Source of the DNA: Camelus dromedarius
Lineage: Eukaryota
NCBI RefSeq assembly: GCF_036321535.1
Contig: NC_087436.1
Coordinates: forward strand, 49,602,001 to 49,666,000
Reading direction: 5' to 3'
Length of the DNA: 64,000 bases
Under the pieces are notes generated by a model, which did not search any database, was not told where the DNA came from, and was given only the letters and a program-made list of their open reading frames with translations. Position 1 is the stretch's first letter. The number at the start of each line of letters is the position of its first letter. The position numbers and the translations under genes are program-made. Of this stretch, positions 50,345-63,339 are shown in pieces.

Positions 50345-50688
50345 CTACCTTAGTCTGTCTGGGCTGCTGTAACACAAATACTGGAGACTGAGTAGCTCAG
50401 ACAGTGGGCTTCATTTCTCACAGTTCTGGAGGCTGAGAAGGCCAAGAGCAAGATGCTGGCAGATTCTGTATCTGGTGAGAGCTCAGTGCCTATTCCTAGT
50501 CTTTTTACTGTGTCCTCAGGTGTCAGAAGGAGTGGGGCCTCTTTTTATCAGGGTGCTAATCCCATTCATGAAGGCTCCACCCTCCTGACTTAATCACCTC
50601 CCACAGGCCCCACCCCTTGATATATTACATTGGGGGTTAAAATTTCAACATAGAAATTTGGGGGCCACACAGATATTCAGTCCATAAA
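50345..50688 (-). mobile_element. MaLR LTR (MLT1A-like)
   Basis: ttagtctgtctgggctgctgtaaca...tttctcacagttctggaggctgagaag...ctaatcccattcatgaaggctccaccctc...attcagtccata. Confidence 0.88.
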
Positions 50689-50886
50689 ATGAGATGAACA
50701 GCTTGTGAGCTCTAGGATTTATTCTCTGTACCCCTTACATGCATTTACTTCTCTGCCTGTACTTACAGGTTCCTAGGTGGGACTCATACCTTAATCATTC
50801 ATATTCTCACGTTGAGAATGCTTGCGCAGTCAATTGTCCCTCAGTGAAAAGCCTATACCATATGTATTCCATTTGTTTCCTTTCTT

Positions 50887-51023
50887 TTAATTAATTTTTT
50901 TTTGTGGGGGAGGTAATTAGGCTTACTTACTTATTAACTTTAAGAAGAGGTACTGGGAATTGAACCCATGACCTTGTGTATGCTAAGCGTGCACTCTACC
51001 ACTTGAGCTATACCATCCCCCCT
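50887..51023 (-). mobile_element. tRNA-Ala-derived SINE (Vic-1-like) with 17-bp TSD
   Basis: Same family as 8489 and 33641; TSD CATTTGTTTCCTTTCTT (50870-50886) / CATTTGTTTTCTTTCTT (51024-51040). Confidence 0.92.
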
Positions 51024-54000
51024 CATTTGTTTTCTTTCTTACCTGTCTTTCTATCTTAGACCCCAGCCTGAGAAGAAAACAGGACTTCACTTATCAAAGT
51101 GTGGAGTATAAGGAAAAATGTCAAAGCTCTTCCACAGAGGATTTATGATTTAAGTCCACTAGATCAATGTTTATCCAAGTGAAATGCTGTCTCTCTTAAA
51201 TCCTTCCCCTTTACCCGCTGAGCTTAGAGGTCCTGCCTGCTCTTGTTTCCTCTACCCTCAACTTTTCATCACCGAGGCTGACAACCAGCTGCAGAGCTGG
51301 ATTGGGGACATCTCTGTGCCAGATGGCAACCTCTCCCCATGTCCTCAAGCTCACCGTACACTGGGAGACTTAGACTCGGCCAAAGGCTAAGGCATTGCTC
51401 TGGCTGGAGAACCCTTGTATTTTCACTGCCTGTACCCAGCAGTTAACCTCCAGACAGACTTACTTCCTGTTAAAAGTAATGTGTAGCACGCGCTCCTTTC
51501 TGTCTGAGGAAGGAAGTTTATATGGGGCTTTCCACTAGCACATTTGATAAAACTGAGTTCCCTGGGAGACGGCTGCATTTTTGCCTTTGTCTCATTTGGG
51601 TGACACAGGGAAGGAAAGAGGTCCAACAAAGGAATATTCTGGGAAGAAAGTCTCTTCCCTAATAGTTCCAGTTTATATATAGAACCTCAAGAACCTCATG
51701 AATTTTAAAAAGGATTTAATTTGGAAGTATGTACATATTTTATCTGCCAGAGATGTGGTGGTGTCTTTATGCAAAAACTCAGATAAGAGGCTACTTTTAG
51801 GGCAGTAGCTGAGTGGTTTACTGAAAGTTTATCTTTCATCCTGCAGAGAGTCTCCTCACAAAAGGATCACAGTGGCTGCAGGAGGACCCCGGGGGAGGGG
51901 GCAGTCTGACCATTTAGCACGGGGTGGGGTGCGGGGGGAACAGTGACATGCTGGTTGTATTAACTCACAAGGTAGATAAGGGTCAGATAGCTGAGGGAAG
52001 TTTTCTACTGCCGCCCAAAGAAAGTCTGAGAAGCCCATTGTGGGAAGAGAGGAGGACAGCTTCCTTCGTAAGTCAGACCTTCAGGAGGAGTGTCTTACAG
52101 GAGACAGAGTCAGAGGAGGAGGCGACTCACACTATGGTTCGTCTTGGGCATCTAGGTATAGCAGCTGGGGTAGAGTCCAGGCTGTGGTCCAGTCCATGCA
52201 CGTTGCAGAGTTGGTGGGTTGCTGGTTAATGTAGCAGCAACAGCCCCACCAATGAAAGTGGACAGTAAAGAAGCTGAATCCTAGTCCTTACCCATTAATT
52301 TTCCCCTAAGTGGTACATGGGAAAATATTATTACTCGTACAGTTACGAAGAGAATCTTAAACTTCTTCAGGTCAATTTAACAAACACTCATTTAGCCCTT
52401 TATATGTACCAAACATTTTGTAAGATGCTGGAAAAGTCAGAAGAGCTGCACATAGTATATTGCCTTCAAATTGGGTTTGGGGATGCTTGCTAACATGAGA
52501 AGATCATTGTTTTTCATGAGGTGATGGGTAAATCCTCACATAAATAGTCTCTAACTAATTAAAATGACAGGCTTATACAAGTTGCCAGCGAGATGCCATG
52601 CATTCTGTTTCCTGTCCAAACATCACACCTGGTGATTGCAGGTAGTAGAATATATTCAACCTGGTTAAACCTTTGTGGAAACTTGAGACCACAAGGCATG
52701 CCTACTCTGGTTCCTGAACTAGTTGTGTCTTTCAAGACTATTTAACTGCAAATGCTTGTGGTAGCAAGAATGAGGGGTAAGGCTCTTTGACTTAGGGTTT
52801 TCAAATGGCTTATTTATGGCCAGGAAGTATCCAAGATCAAAGGGTACAGAGACAAAATAATTAGAATTACAACAGCATAAGCAGAGACAGTGTCAAGTGT
52901 GTGACACAAACTGAGAAATGTAACAGTCACGGGTAAGGTGAAGATCTTGCTTTAGATGGTACTCAAATATCTGTTATGTTTCCAGTCACCTTCCCCTGTT
53001 TCTACTATAATGAAGTTTTTTTGGGTTTTTTATGTTTTGCTTTTTTTTGGTTCTTTTTTTTCCCCACAAAGATAAAGGAAAATACTCAAGGACATAGGAC
53101 ACTGTATTGGAGCCAAGGTTGGAATTCAGGTATTGGGGCTCTTAATTCTCTGCTGAGTCCATTAGACGATGTGTCCTCTTAGTTCTATTATTTGATTTTC
53201 TGTTCTCTGTGTGTTTACATACTCAAAGTGATAAAATACATTTTTGTTCTTATGTTACTAATGCAGTAGAGGTATTTTTCAATTTTGCTGAACTACAACA
53301 CTCTAAACATGGCAAATAACTGCTTTCAACAAAATGTTTTCAAGGCATGCCTTGAAATGGGAGTTAAAAATAGGAATGCAAATGCTAATAACGGTATTGA
53401 TAAAAGAAACTCTGGCTTCAAAAGCCAGAAATTCAATTAGAAAAAAAGTGAAAGTATTTGAGGAAAATACAGTGTATGAGAGTACTAATGGAAAATTCTG
53501 TTTCACAGTATTATTACTAATTAGATAAAGTTTTCCACAACATAGCTCCTTGCAGGTCAGCTAAGATAACAGGGGAGTGGTTCTGGGACTGCCAGTTTTG
53601 TTTGACTCTGGAAGTTGCTTCCTAAAACTTAGATCACTTTGATATTTGTAAACAATAAAAGCAGGCTACTTAGCCAAAGGTTTACCCACTGGACCTAGCT
53701 TCTAAATGTTGAGACACTCATTATGATCATGAACTTTATCCATCTGCATCTCAAAGAGGTTATTGCCTCACTGTATATTTAAGACCATCTAGTATACAAG
53801 TGCTTAGGTAGGTAGACAAAGGCATTATTATATAAAGGTATTTTTGTTACATGGTTTCCCCCAAAGAGGCTCAAAGTAATTATCAGACTGTCTGTTATTA
53901 ATTTTAGCAACATCTCTATGAGGGAAAATCATTCTGCTCCTTGTTACCATTAACATTTGTGAAAAATACCCTTAAGAAACTCTGTAAAACTCAAGAAAAC

Positions 54001-54463
54001 TGCTCTGTCCCTCTGCACGGTGCTTACAGTCTAAGAGGGCCTGATAAGCTCAACCTCACAGACGTCAGAACCACTTGTGATAATGAAATGGTAAATGCCC
54101 TTCAGAGCCAGAGATCCTGTGTTCTCCCTCCTTAGCACATCCCAGTTAATAACAGGAATCTTAATATTTCATGCTTTGACATCAAGCTGCTTACTTTGGA
54201 TCTTTTCTCAAAGGACATGGAGTTCAGTCCATCACCAAACTTTGTGGAGAAGACCTGAACTTTTACTCCTGCCGACTTTGAGTGAGCAGGAAATTTGCAT
54301 CACATAGGAGTTTTCATATAGCCTGAACAATTGCCCATAGTTGGGCTGAGGATGGTCAGACTAGACTTTTGAACACATATAGATACTCAGAATTATTTGA
54401 TATGCTGCATATAAATAATATTATATATTTGGAAAGAGAGTTGGATGAGGACTAACTCTTAAG

Positions 54464-54712
54464 CCAGCCTTTTCAAAAGTGTATTCCAGAACACTGGTTG
54501 CATAACATGCTTGTGAAGTAAAAGGTCAATTAATTTGCTAAACTCTTCATTATTATTCTCTTTTAGATATTAACTATATATGTAGTATATTAAACACTCA
54601 GAGATGTCTTAAAGAGACATGTTTTAACCTTGTAAAAACCACCCCCCATACTTATTTTAACACCAAATCAGTTTTCATGTAGCATCCATAAGGAACAAAA
54701 ATTGGGAAAATA
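54464..54712. mobile_element. Probable hAT-Charlie MITE remnant
   Basis: ccagccttttcaaaagtgtattccagaacactgg start and ggaacaaaaattgggaaaa end. Confidence 0.5.
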
Positions 54713-54960
54713 ATCTTGCTTCATTTCATCTGAGTGTTTAACAAGTTGGGTGCATTCCCCCTACACTAGGGTAGATTTGGAAGCCACGGTACTTGAACTC
54801 AACAAGATCACAATCTAGAAGAGATACTGTGTTTTGGTTATGACCTAAAAATGTTTGAAAGGTTGTATAATATTATAAATGCTAAGTTCCAAATGGCTGA
54901 GGCAGGCAAGAACGTGTCTTGAAAGTTGAGAGAGAGGAGTAGATGTGTATAGAAGGTTGG

Positions 54961-55330
54961 TGTCATCTTGGAATAGTTTGTATTCCCTAAATACGTATGT
55001 TGAGACCTGATCCCCAATGGGATGGTACTTGGAGGCGGAGCATTTGGAAGGTGATTAGGTCATAAGGGCAGAGCCCTCATGCATGTGATCAGTCCCTGTA
55101 TAACAGACCCCAGAGAGCTCTCTGGTCTCTTCTGCCAGGCGTGGACACAGAAAAGACAGCTATATATTATCTAGAAAGCAGACTCTCACCAGACACTGAA
55201 TCTGCCAGAGCCTTAATTTTGGACTTTCCAGCCTCCAGAACTATGGGAAATAAAGTTTTGGTGTTGATAAGTTACCCAGTCTTGCTGGTTTATAAGCCAC
55301 CCATTACAGCAGCCCCAATGGACTGAGACA
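54961..55330 (+). mobile_element. Complete MaLR solo LTR (MLT1A-like) with 5-bp TSD
   Basis: TG...CA ends, MLT1A body, AATAAA near 55249, and GTTGG on both sides (54956-54960, 55331-55335). Confidence 0.92.
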
Positions 55331-55841
55331 GTTGGACAGTCTCGGCTCTGCAGGAGGGAACAAAGCAGTCAGAGCGCTTAGGGGCATGGTATGTAGCAGG
55401 GACTGGGAGTGGGGAAAGAGGCTGAGCACAGCGTTCCATCTTACAGGGATGAGCACAGAATGCCTGATGGGCAGGTATGCTTCATAATGACAGGTTAAGG
55501 AAAAGAGGTTTTACTCCTCAGCCATAAGCTTAGCTGTATCAGTAGACCCTTAGACTTCACTCCTAGACTCCAGTGTGGCTGCTGCTGCCACAGTTGCTTT
55601 TCACGGAAAGGCAGCCTCCAGCTCTCTTCATTTCCCATCCGATTCCTAACCTCTCTGTCCAGGCCTGTCCGCTAGATTTGCAGCGTTGGAGCAGGAATAC
55701 AATCGAAGACCTACATACTGTATATCTACATACTTAAATAGTAAAGTCGGAAAACTGTTAAATAGAATATGTTCTGTCCTCCTACATTGACAAAGATGCC
55801 TTCATAGAAACCTTCGAGGCCAGGTTCACATTTAGAATTCT

Positions 55842-56825
55842 TGTGGTAGGCAGATTTCTAAAAGTAGCATAGGCCCTATTATGAGTTGAATCATGTCCCC
55901 TCAAAACCCATAGGTTGAAGCCCTAACCCCCCGTATCTCAGAAAGTAACTGTATTTGGAGACAGTGTCTTTAAAGAGGTGATTAAGGTACAGCGAGGTGC
56001 TGTGCATGGGCTCTAGTCCAACATGACTGGTGCTCTCATAAGAAGAGGCAATCAGGACACAGACGTGTAAAAAGAGAAGACTGTGAAGACACAGGGGCGG
56101 GCAGTCATCTCCAAGTCCCTGAGAAAGGCATTTGAAGAAACCGACCCTGCTGACACCTTGACCTCAGACTCTCAGCCTCCAGAACTGTGGGAAAATGCAT
56201 CCCTGGAGTTTTAGTCCCCAGTGTGTGGTGCTTGGCCATAGCAGCCCGAGCACTAATTCAGCTCCCAAACGTGTCTGGCCCTAATTTCTAGAACCCGTAA
56301 ATATGATGAGGCACCACTTTTCCGGTAAGTTTGTAGGGCACAGCTGCCTTTAAAACAGCACTGTTATCTTGGATTTTCTTGATGGGCCACAGTAATCGCA
56401 TGAGCCATTAAAGGCATGGAACTTTCTCCGTCTGCTGGCTGAATTGAAAGAAAAAGTGAAGACTCCATGAACCATTGCTGGTCTGAAGATCGAGGGGCCA
56501 TGTGAGGAGGAATGCAGGTGGCCTTAAGGAACTGAGAGAGAGGCCCTTGAATGGCAGTCAGAAGAGAACGGGGACCTCAGTCCTACAACCATGGGGAACT
56601 GAATTCTGCTAAAACCTGAGTGAGTGTGGAAGCATATTCTTCCCTAAACCCTCTATAAGGCTCTAGCCCAGCCAGCACCACATCTGTGGCCTTCTGAAAC
56701 CCTAAGTGGAGAACCCATCTGAGCCCACTTGGACTTCTGACCTACGGAACCATAGATAATAAATTGGTGTTATTTTAAGTTGTTAAGTTTGTGGTTTGTT
56801 TATGCAGCCATTGAAAACTATTAAA
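55842..56825 (+). mobile_element. MaLR LTR (MLT1D/E-like) interrupted by a second MaLR LTR
   Basis: tgtggtaggcagatttctaaaa start; resumes near 56261; gggacctcagtcctacaacc...gaactgaattctgc; ends gcagccattgaaaacta. Confidence 0.85.
55878..56260 (+). mobile_element. MaLR LTR (MLT1B-like) nested in MLT1D/E
   Basis: ttatgagttgaatcatgtcccctcaaaacccataggttgaagccctaacccc...tggccatagcagcccgagcactaattca. Confidence 0.85.
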
Positions 56826-58654
56826 ACCTTCTTAGAATTTTAGCTCACAACAGGAGAGCAGTGGGCCTCCAGCTCATACCCCTTCTCTTCCTGTATCTAC
56901 CTCCATCCCTCACCCTGCAGGCTGAGGCCCTGGAGTGTATACATTCCAGCTTTATCTATGCCCTTTGTAAACGGCTACTCCTTGGCCACTCTTCCAACAA
57001 AGACACGCACAGATTTGCCTCATGACTCCATCAGGAGGACAGATTCAGGGAAGAGGTCTGCACAGGCCTCAGAAGTAGGCCCTGGGCTATTTGGGAAGAA
57101 ACTTTCAGGGGCACAGGTATCTGGAGCATGGTTCAGATTAGGGAATGAATACTCTCCATGGGTACCTGACCTGGCCTATAGTTTACTTGCTGGGAGTAGA
57201 GGGTGGGGAATTGGTGGGGAGACATATTCAGAGGAGGGCCAAGTGGATCTCTAAGTGCAGGACCCAGGGTTGGGCCTGCTGACAGCGTCCAGTGCTGATA
57301 CAGTCTCTGGTTAGTGCTTTTGAAATCTAAAACAAACAAGCAAAAAAAGCCCCCCAAAACAAGGGTTCCTCTAGAAACTAGGTTAAGAAACTTCATTATG
57401 ATGGAAAGCTAATTAAGCTTTTTTCCTTTTAAGTCAGAGGAATAATATGATAAAAATGGAATTTGAGTTCTCTTTAATTCAAAGTTAGATATCAGTTGGA
57501 TTTGAAGTGGAAGAGATTAAAGGAAGAATTACCAGATGGGAATGCATTGCAGTAATCTGAACACAAGGCAAGGAACCCTCAGATGCCGATAGTAACAATG
57601 GGACTGTGTTAAAAAAAATACGGGGAAATATTTTTTTAATACTGATGAATTTGTAATTCAAAAGTATTTCTAACTGGAGATGTTTGTTTGCAGTTAATGC
57701 TCTGAAACAGGGATTCAAGAAAAGATCGACATGGAGAGAAAGAGGCACTTTGCTATAAATAGCATTATACCTGGAATATGCCTGAAACTGTTAAGAGCAC
57801 ATATAAGATTTTCCAGGGAGGAGTGCAAGGGATGGGAATAAACCTTAGAGGACTATCAAAGATCAGGAATGGAATAAGGAAAATCTGGAGACAGAAAAAA
57901 AAAAAGAGAAAGGGCATACACAGAATGAAAAGCTTTTCTGGAAGATTCCTGCTGAAATGGACCCGAGCAAAAGAAAGAGTTAAGCTCCGAGAGTTAATCC
58001 TCTCTTTCCTTGCAAGATCTGCTTCTCTCCTGAACCAAATTCCAATTCTTCAATGGTGTCCTGACTTTGGGTTAATAACATTGTTAATTTTCTGCCTCTG
58101 AGACTCTTCTTCCTGACAGGCAAATGCTAGACTCAGTGTTCCTGATCTCATCTTTACCCTCAGTCCTGCCCTGATAGAACTGATTGTATTGGAAGGTTTG
58201 AGACCTTTCTCTGGCAATACTGGGTGGTCCTCAAGGTTAAATGCAGCAATAAGGAGAATAAAGATTAAGGAAAGGAGTTAGAGATTAGGTATTCATCACT
58301 GGTCTTGAAATGACCATCTCTTGCCAGAAATATTAAAAGAAAATCAGTCGATAAATCAGCCATCTAACCTCAGTCTTATCACTTTGTATTATTGATTTTC
58401 CAGGGAATTTTAAGAGTGTCTAATCCGAAAATTAATTTGGTGCTCATTATTTGGAGGAAGAAGATAGAGCCAGAGTTCAGGGAGCTTTGTCATTACATTT
58501 CTCATTGCTGTCCTCAAAATGTCAGAAACAACCCCAATTTCACTGATTTGACAGTGCAGGAAACAAAATACCACATGAATACCTAGCTGAAGATGCTATG
58601 TAACTATGAGGGTTCCTGTAATCAGGATCTCAGCCACACTCACTGGACTGTCAT

Positions 58655-58800
58655 TCCGTGCATATATATTTATTGAGTCCTTACTCTATACCAGGGACTA
58701 TTCTATATGCAGGGTTTAGAGTGGGAATAGGAATTATAAAATCCCTGCCCTCAAGGAGTTTACATTTTAAGGATATGGCATAGATAAAAGCAAATGTAAA
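58655..58800 (-). mobile_element. L2 3' end
   Basis: atatttattgagtccttactctataccagggacta...atccctgccctcaaggagtttacatttta. Confidence 0.75.
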
Positions 58801-59019
58801 AACAAATAAAATGCTTTCAAATACGGAAATCACCTGACTTGTAGTTCAGAATGCAAATTGATTTTTCATGTGCTCTTCAAATTTATTCTAATAGTAGCAT
58901 TTTCTAATCTTCACTACAACAAAACTTTACCATGACTTTTGAACCTAGCCTGATAACTGGGTCTTTGTTATATGTCGTTTATTAGCCTCTCCATGACAGT
59001 AGAGTTAATCTCTAGTATA

Positions 59020-60005
59020 TCTTTGATTTATTCAGTACCCAAACAGAGATCTGGGAATCATTATAGACTCCATTCTTAGCAAGGAAATCTATTGGTCTCT
59101 ATACTTGCCATTTTCCACCTCTTTGATATACCTAGAATCATCCCTATCTACTCCAATTCCATGGTTACTTAACTGAATGGACATTATTTATTGCTTTGGG
59201 TAATTTAACTAGTTTACTAATTGGTCTGTCTGATTCCCAATTTGAGTGAGTCTCTACAATTTACTCCTTACCCATAATGATCTTAAAGCTCCAATAAGAT
59301 CATGTCATTTCCTCATTTAATACCTATCAAAGATTTCTTGTCAACCAAGAATAAGATATAAACACTCTCACTTGGCTTACACATCTTTTTGTGACCTGTG
59401 TCTGTTCACCTCAAAAGGCTCAATTCCACCACTTTCCTTCCTACCCACCCTGATCCAGTGCACTGGTGATCATGAGACTTTGGAAAGAGCAGAGACTTTA
59501 GAGATGCTTTGGATTTGATATCAAGCGAGGCTTCAATGTGTCAGACACTTGGTAGATTACTCAACATTTTCTTGGGCTCCATCTTGTCTTCTCTAAGAGG
59601 AATGTAATATTATCTACTTCATCAGATCATTATGAGAACCAAGTAAGGTGTGTTAATTTGATAGTTATATACCTTGTACATTAAATATCTAACACGTCAT
59701 AAATGCTTTAAATAATAGCTATTATTATGATTACTCACCCTCTGTCCAAAATAGTCTTTCTCTAATGTTCACCTGCTCATAAAACAGGCTTTAATTCTTT
59801 CTTCAGAATCCAACATAGGCATAACCTTCTCTGAAATACTTTGGCTAAACTTACAGGAATTAAGTTCTGAGTTTGTTAGAACTGGGTTCAATCTTAGTTC
59901 CATTTTATTCTATTTGCACAACTTTCATCAAGTAACACATTCTCAATCTTCAGTTTTCTTATTTGTGCAATGAGGATGAAAATTCCTATCTTATGAGTTT
60001 CTTTC
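59020..60005 (+). mobile_element. L2 remnant (about 59020-59450) followed by MIR remnants (about 59480-59730 and 59870-60005)
   Basis: gatcatgtcatttcctcatttaatacc (L2); ctgggttcaatcttagttcc...cttcagttttcttatttgtgcaatgagg (MIR). Confidence 0.6.
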
Positions 60006-62049
60006 AGCATTAAATTATTTTTGAAAAGGACAAATAAATCTAAGCCTTCCTTCCCAACACACAAAGGTTCTGTCATTTCCATGTTTTCTCTCCATCTCTT
60101 TGGTGTTTTTATTGTTTCAAAATTCATGGAAAGCTGATTCTATTTTCCTAAATTATGGGTTTATCGTTGTCTTTTTAAACTTTCCTTGAAAGTCACTGCC
60201 AATAAGTAAGCCTGAATCATTTTAATTATTTTTGTCTTCGTTCCTTTCAGGAACAAGAAGGCCTTTATTTATGTTTGGTAGAATCTATAAATGGATGATG
60301 CTTCATAAAACCTGTACCATCAGAGCCCATCACCCATTGACATATCCATGTGTAGTATCCATTAATGCAGACGATCTGGTTTTGTGTCACATATTGGCAA
60401 ATGAAGCATAAGTCTTGTCCAGGGTGAGAAACACTTCATTTCCCCTTGAAAAAGAGAGCAATTATTTAGGGCAGTAGACGAGGTTCTAGCCAGGATAATC
60501 GGCCAGCTCTGGGAAAGGCATATGGTCATCAGCAGAAGAAATTTTAAATAAGCACCTTTTAAAAATTACTACAGGGTTATTTCTTTTAAGTATGCACAAA
60601 ATGTGCTTTGATCATTAACTTTTAAATAATAAAGACATAATGGACTAATGTGGAATTTTCAGTCTGTTGTGTTTATACATTTTTGTTTGCATCATCCGTC
60701 TTCAGTATTGCCAATACCTTCCTTTGCAAAGCTCTCCTGACAGAACTTCAAAATCTCTGCACAACCATGTTATTTGAATAACATGTACTGTTTGAATGAT
60801 CATCATATCAGGAGATGAACAGAATTGATAGCAATGTCTTCCTAGATTTTTTAATAAAGAGAGGAGTGCGTATACTGGTGCAGGCATTTCTTACAACACT
60901 TAACAATTAGTCACTAAATGAAATCTATAGTAGGCATCCCCCAGTCTCATTGCCATCTGCCTCTCGCTGTCTAAACATAATTGCCTCCAATTAATTCTCT
61001 CTGTGGTTTTTTAAAATCATGTAAACATGCTTCCTTTATTGATACAATAAGGGATATCTCAGCTTTATCCCCACAGGTTGAGATGTGTCTGTAATAACCT
61101 GGCAAGTTTATAGGCGTTATACTAGCAACCGATTGCTGATAAGTTGCTCTGTGCTATACAGTCTTACACAAGTTTCGTTTTCTTTCAAAATCTTTGCAAA
61201 CCGTTTGGGCCATGCCGAATGATTTCTTGAATGAGTTGACTCATCTTTGGCTGTTTTCACACACACACATACTCCTGAAAGAGATGAGTCACCAAGATGA
61301 GTGAACCCTGAGCACAGACTGAAGCCTTGCCAAGGTAAATAGCAAGCCAAATAAATCAGCATCTCCTTCAGCTGGGTGGCCTGTGGACTAAGGAAGAATA
61401 AGCTCCACACACACAGAAGCCCTCAAATCTCACTGAACAGAGAGGAGAGGGAAGCTCCAGGGATGGCAAGATCCTGACACAGCCAATCAAATCGTTCTGG
61501 ATAGGAAAGGCTGAGAGAAGCTAGAAGATAGGAAACGCCGTAAAAATGCGTCAAGTTAATTTCACGCTTTTCCACCTTCAACTTTTGCACAAATTAAATT
61601 TAATGCTCCTCAGCCTGACTGGTCTGCATGCAAAATGGTACCACAGTGGTTGGGGCTGATGGAGATAAAAAGGGTTCAGTGTTATTTACAGAAGAGTAAG
61701 AAAATATTTCTTCTGTGATCATGAGTAGCTTCACAGTAATTAAAATGTCTGCTCCTCCTCTCTTTAAATGTGCTGAAACTCTTGTGATTCACCCAGCATT
61801 AACATTAAGCCATTTCCTTGATGTGAGATACCAGGTTAAGTTAACCAAACATTTCAACCTCTCTTAATTTCAGTTTCAACGTAGGAGTGGGGATTTTGCT
61901 CATTAGATGATTATCTTTGGCACTTTCTTGTTCTGATGCTTTAAAATTTAAATTTTAAATTGGTGCCTATCACAACATAAGAGTTAGAATAAAGCTCCAC
62001 AGGACAGGGAAGTGGGGTGCGTGCGTGGCCTGAAACATGTTGACTAGAG

Positions 62050-62166
62050 GTTAACTAGCCTTGCTGTGGTAATCATTTTGCAATATATACTAAATATCAA
62101 ATCACTATGTTGTACACTTGAAACTAATATGATGTTACACGTCGAGTATACTTCAACTGAAAAAAG
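62050..62166 (+). mobile_element. Extreme 3' end of an L1MA-like element
   Basis: gttaactagccttgctgtggtaatcattttgcaatatatac...aaatcactatgttgtacacttgaaactaatatgatgtta, short A-tail, flanking 23-bp direct repeat. Confidence 0.88.
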
Positions 62167-63339
62167 GACAATAAAACTCCACAGGACAAGGAGATGTGGT
62201 ATTGTGCATTATCTGTATTGTATCTGGAAACAGACACATTTCTAATAGTCACTAAATTGCTGACACCAGTCTTTACCTAAGATGAAACAAATCCCAACTA
62301 ACCATGCCCACATAAGACAACCCTTAGCAGTATTAGGGTGTTTGACCTGTAAATACTTGTGAGAAAGTCATACACAAATGTATTCTGCTCTTCTTCTGCT
62401 ATTTCTCTGGTCTGACCTACCAAGGCGCTCTGAAGAGTTCGAGGGCTTAGGGAAAAGTCTGCTCTTCTAGATCTGTTCCCTCAGGAATGAGGGAATGATA
62501 GAAACCCACAAGAAATATGTCCATTGTAAGAGCTAGGGGTAGAATCTAGGTTCAAGGACAGAACCTGGCAGAGTTTTGAAAGTGTGTTTGTTTTGTCCAT
62601 TTTTTGTCTCAGTTAGTATACTCTTCCTGCACTTCAACACTTCTGGAACATTTTTTTCTCTACTTCATCCTATAATACAGTTTTGTTCCTAATAACTCTT
62701 GAGGGAAGCTTTTCCCAACAGTGACTCCTGTGTAACCTACTCGTCTTGGGATGTGGGAGTTAAAGCTGAAGTCAAGAGGTCACATTTTTGCTGATTGCCC
62801 TCATTAGACTGGGCTTACTTTTCTATAATGTTTCTTTTTGTTGAGGCAGAAGAGGTGGTGAGAACTTATTTTATTTTATTTTATTTTTGCAGGCTGGGAA
62901 TGGCTATAAGGGCATTGGAGGTGCAAATGCAGACACCAGGTTGCCATAGCCGTCATCCTTGTCCTTTCTTCCCATTACAAGGAGACGCTTATAAAGAGAA
63001 GACAGGTAGTGATGCCGACTGAACCGCACCACAAGGAGAAGGCGGATGAAAGGTAAGAGAAATTACGATTACTTCCAACTGCACTTAACTGTCTTCCCTA
63101 GATGATGCTGAAAGTTGCCTTGATAATTTTGTTTACCACAACATCTCTATGAAGTATGACATGAATCAAAGATTTCATCTTTTCAGTAGGAATTACAGGA
63201 AACACATACTCTCCTGCCTTGAGCAATCTTAGGCATTTGTAGGAAAAATTTTTTTTTTCTTTAATCCAAGCAAAGTATCTTTGAGAAATATTATTTTACT
63301 TTTCCCTGAATTTCATTTTTTTTTCCTGAGCCTTGCCTT

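Larger units (their letters stand above)
55660..57298. mobile_element. Probable hAT-Tip100 (MER115/Zaphod-like) element split by MaLR LTRs
   Basis: aggccaggttcacatttagaattct and ctgggctatttgggaagaaactttcaggggcacaggtatctggagcatgg resemble the recalled MER115/Zaphod consensus. Confidence 0.5.
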
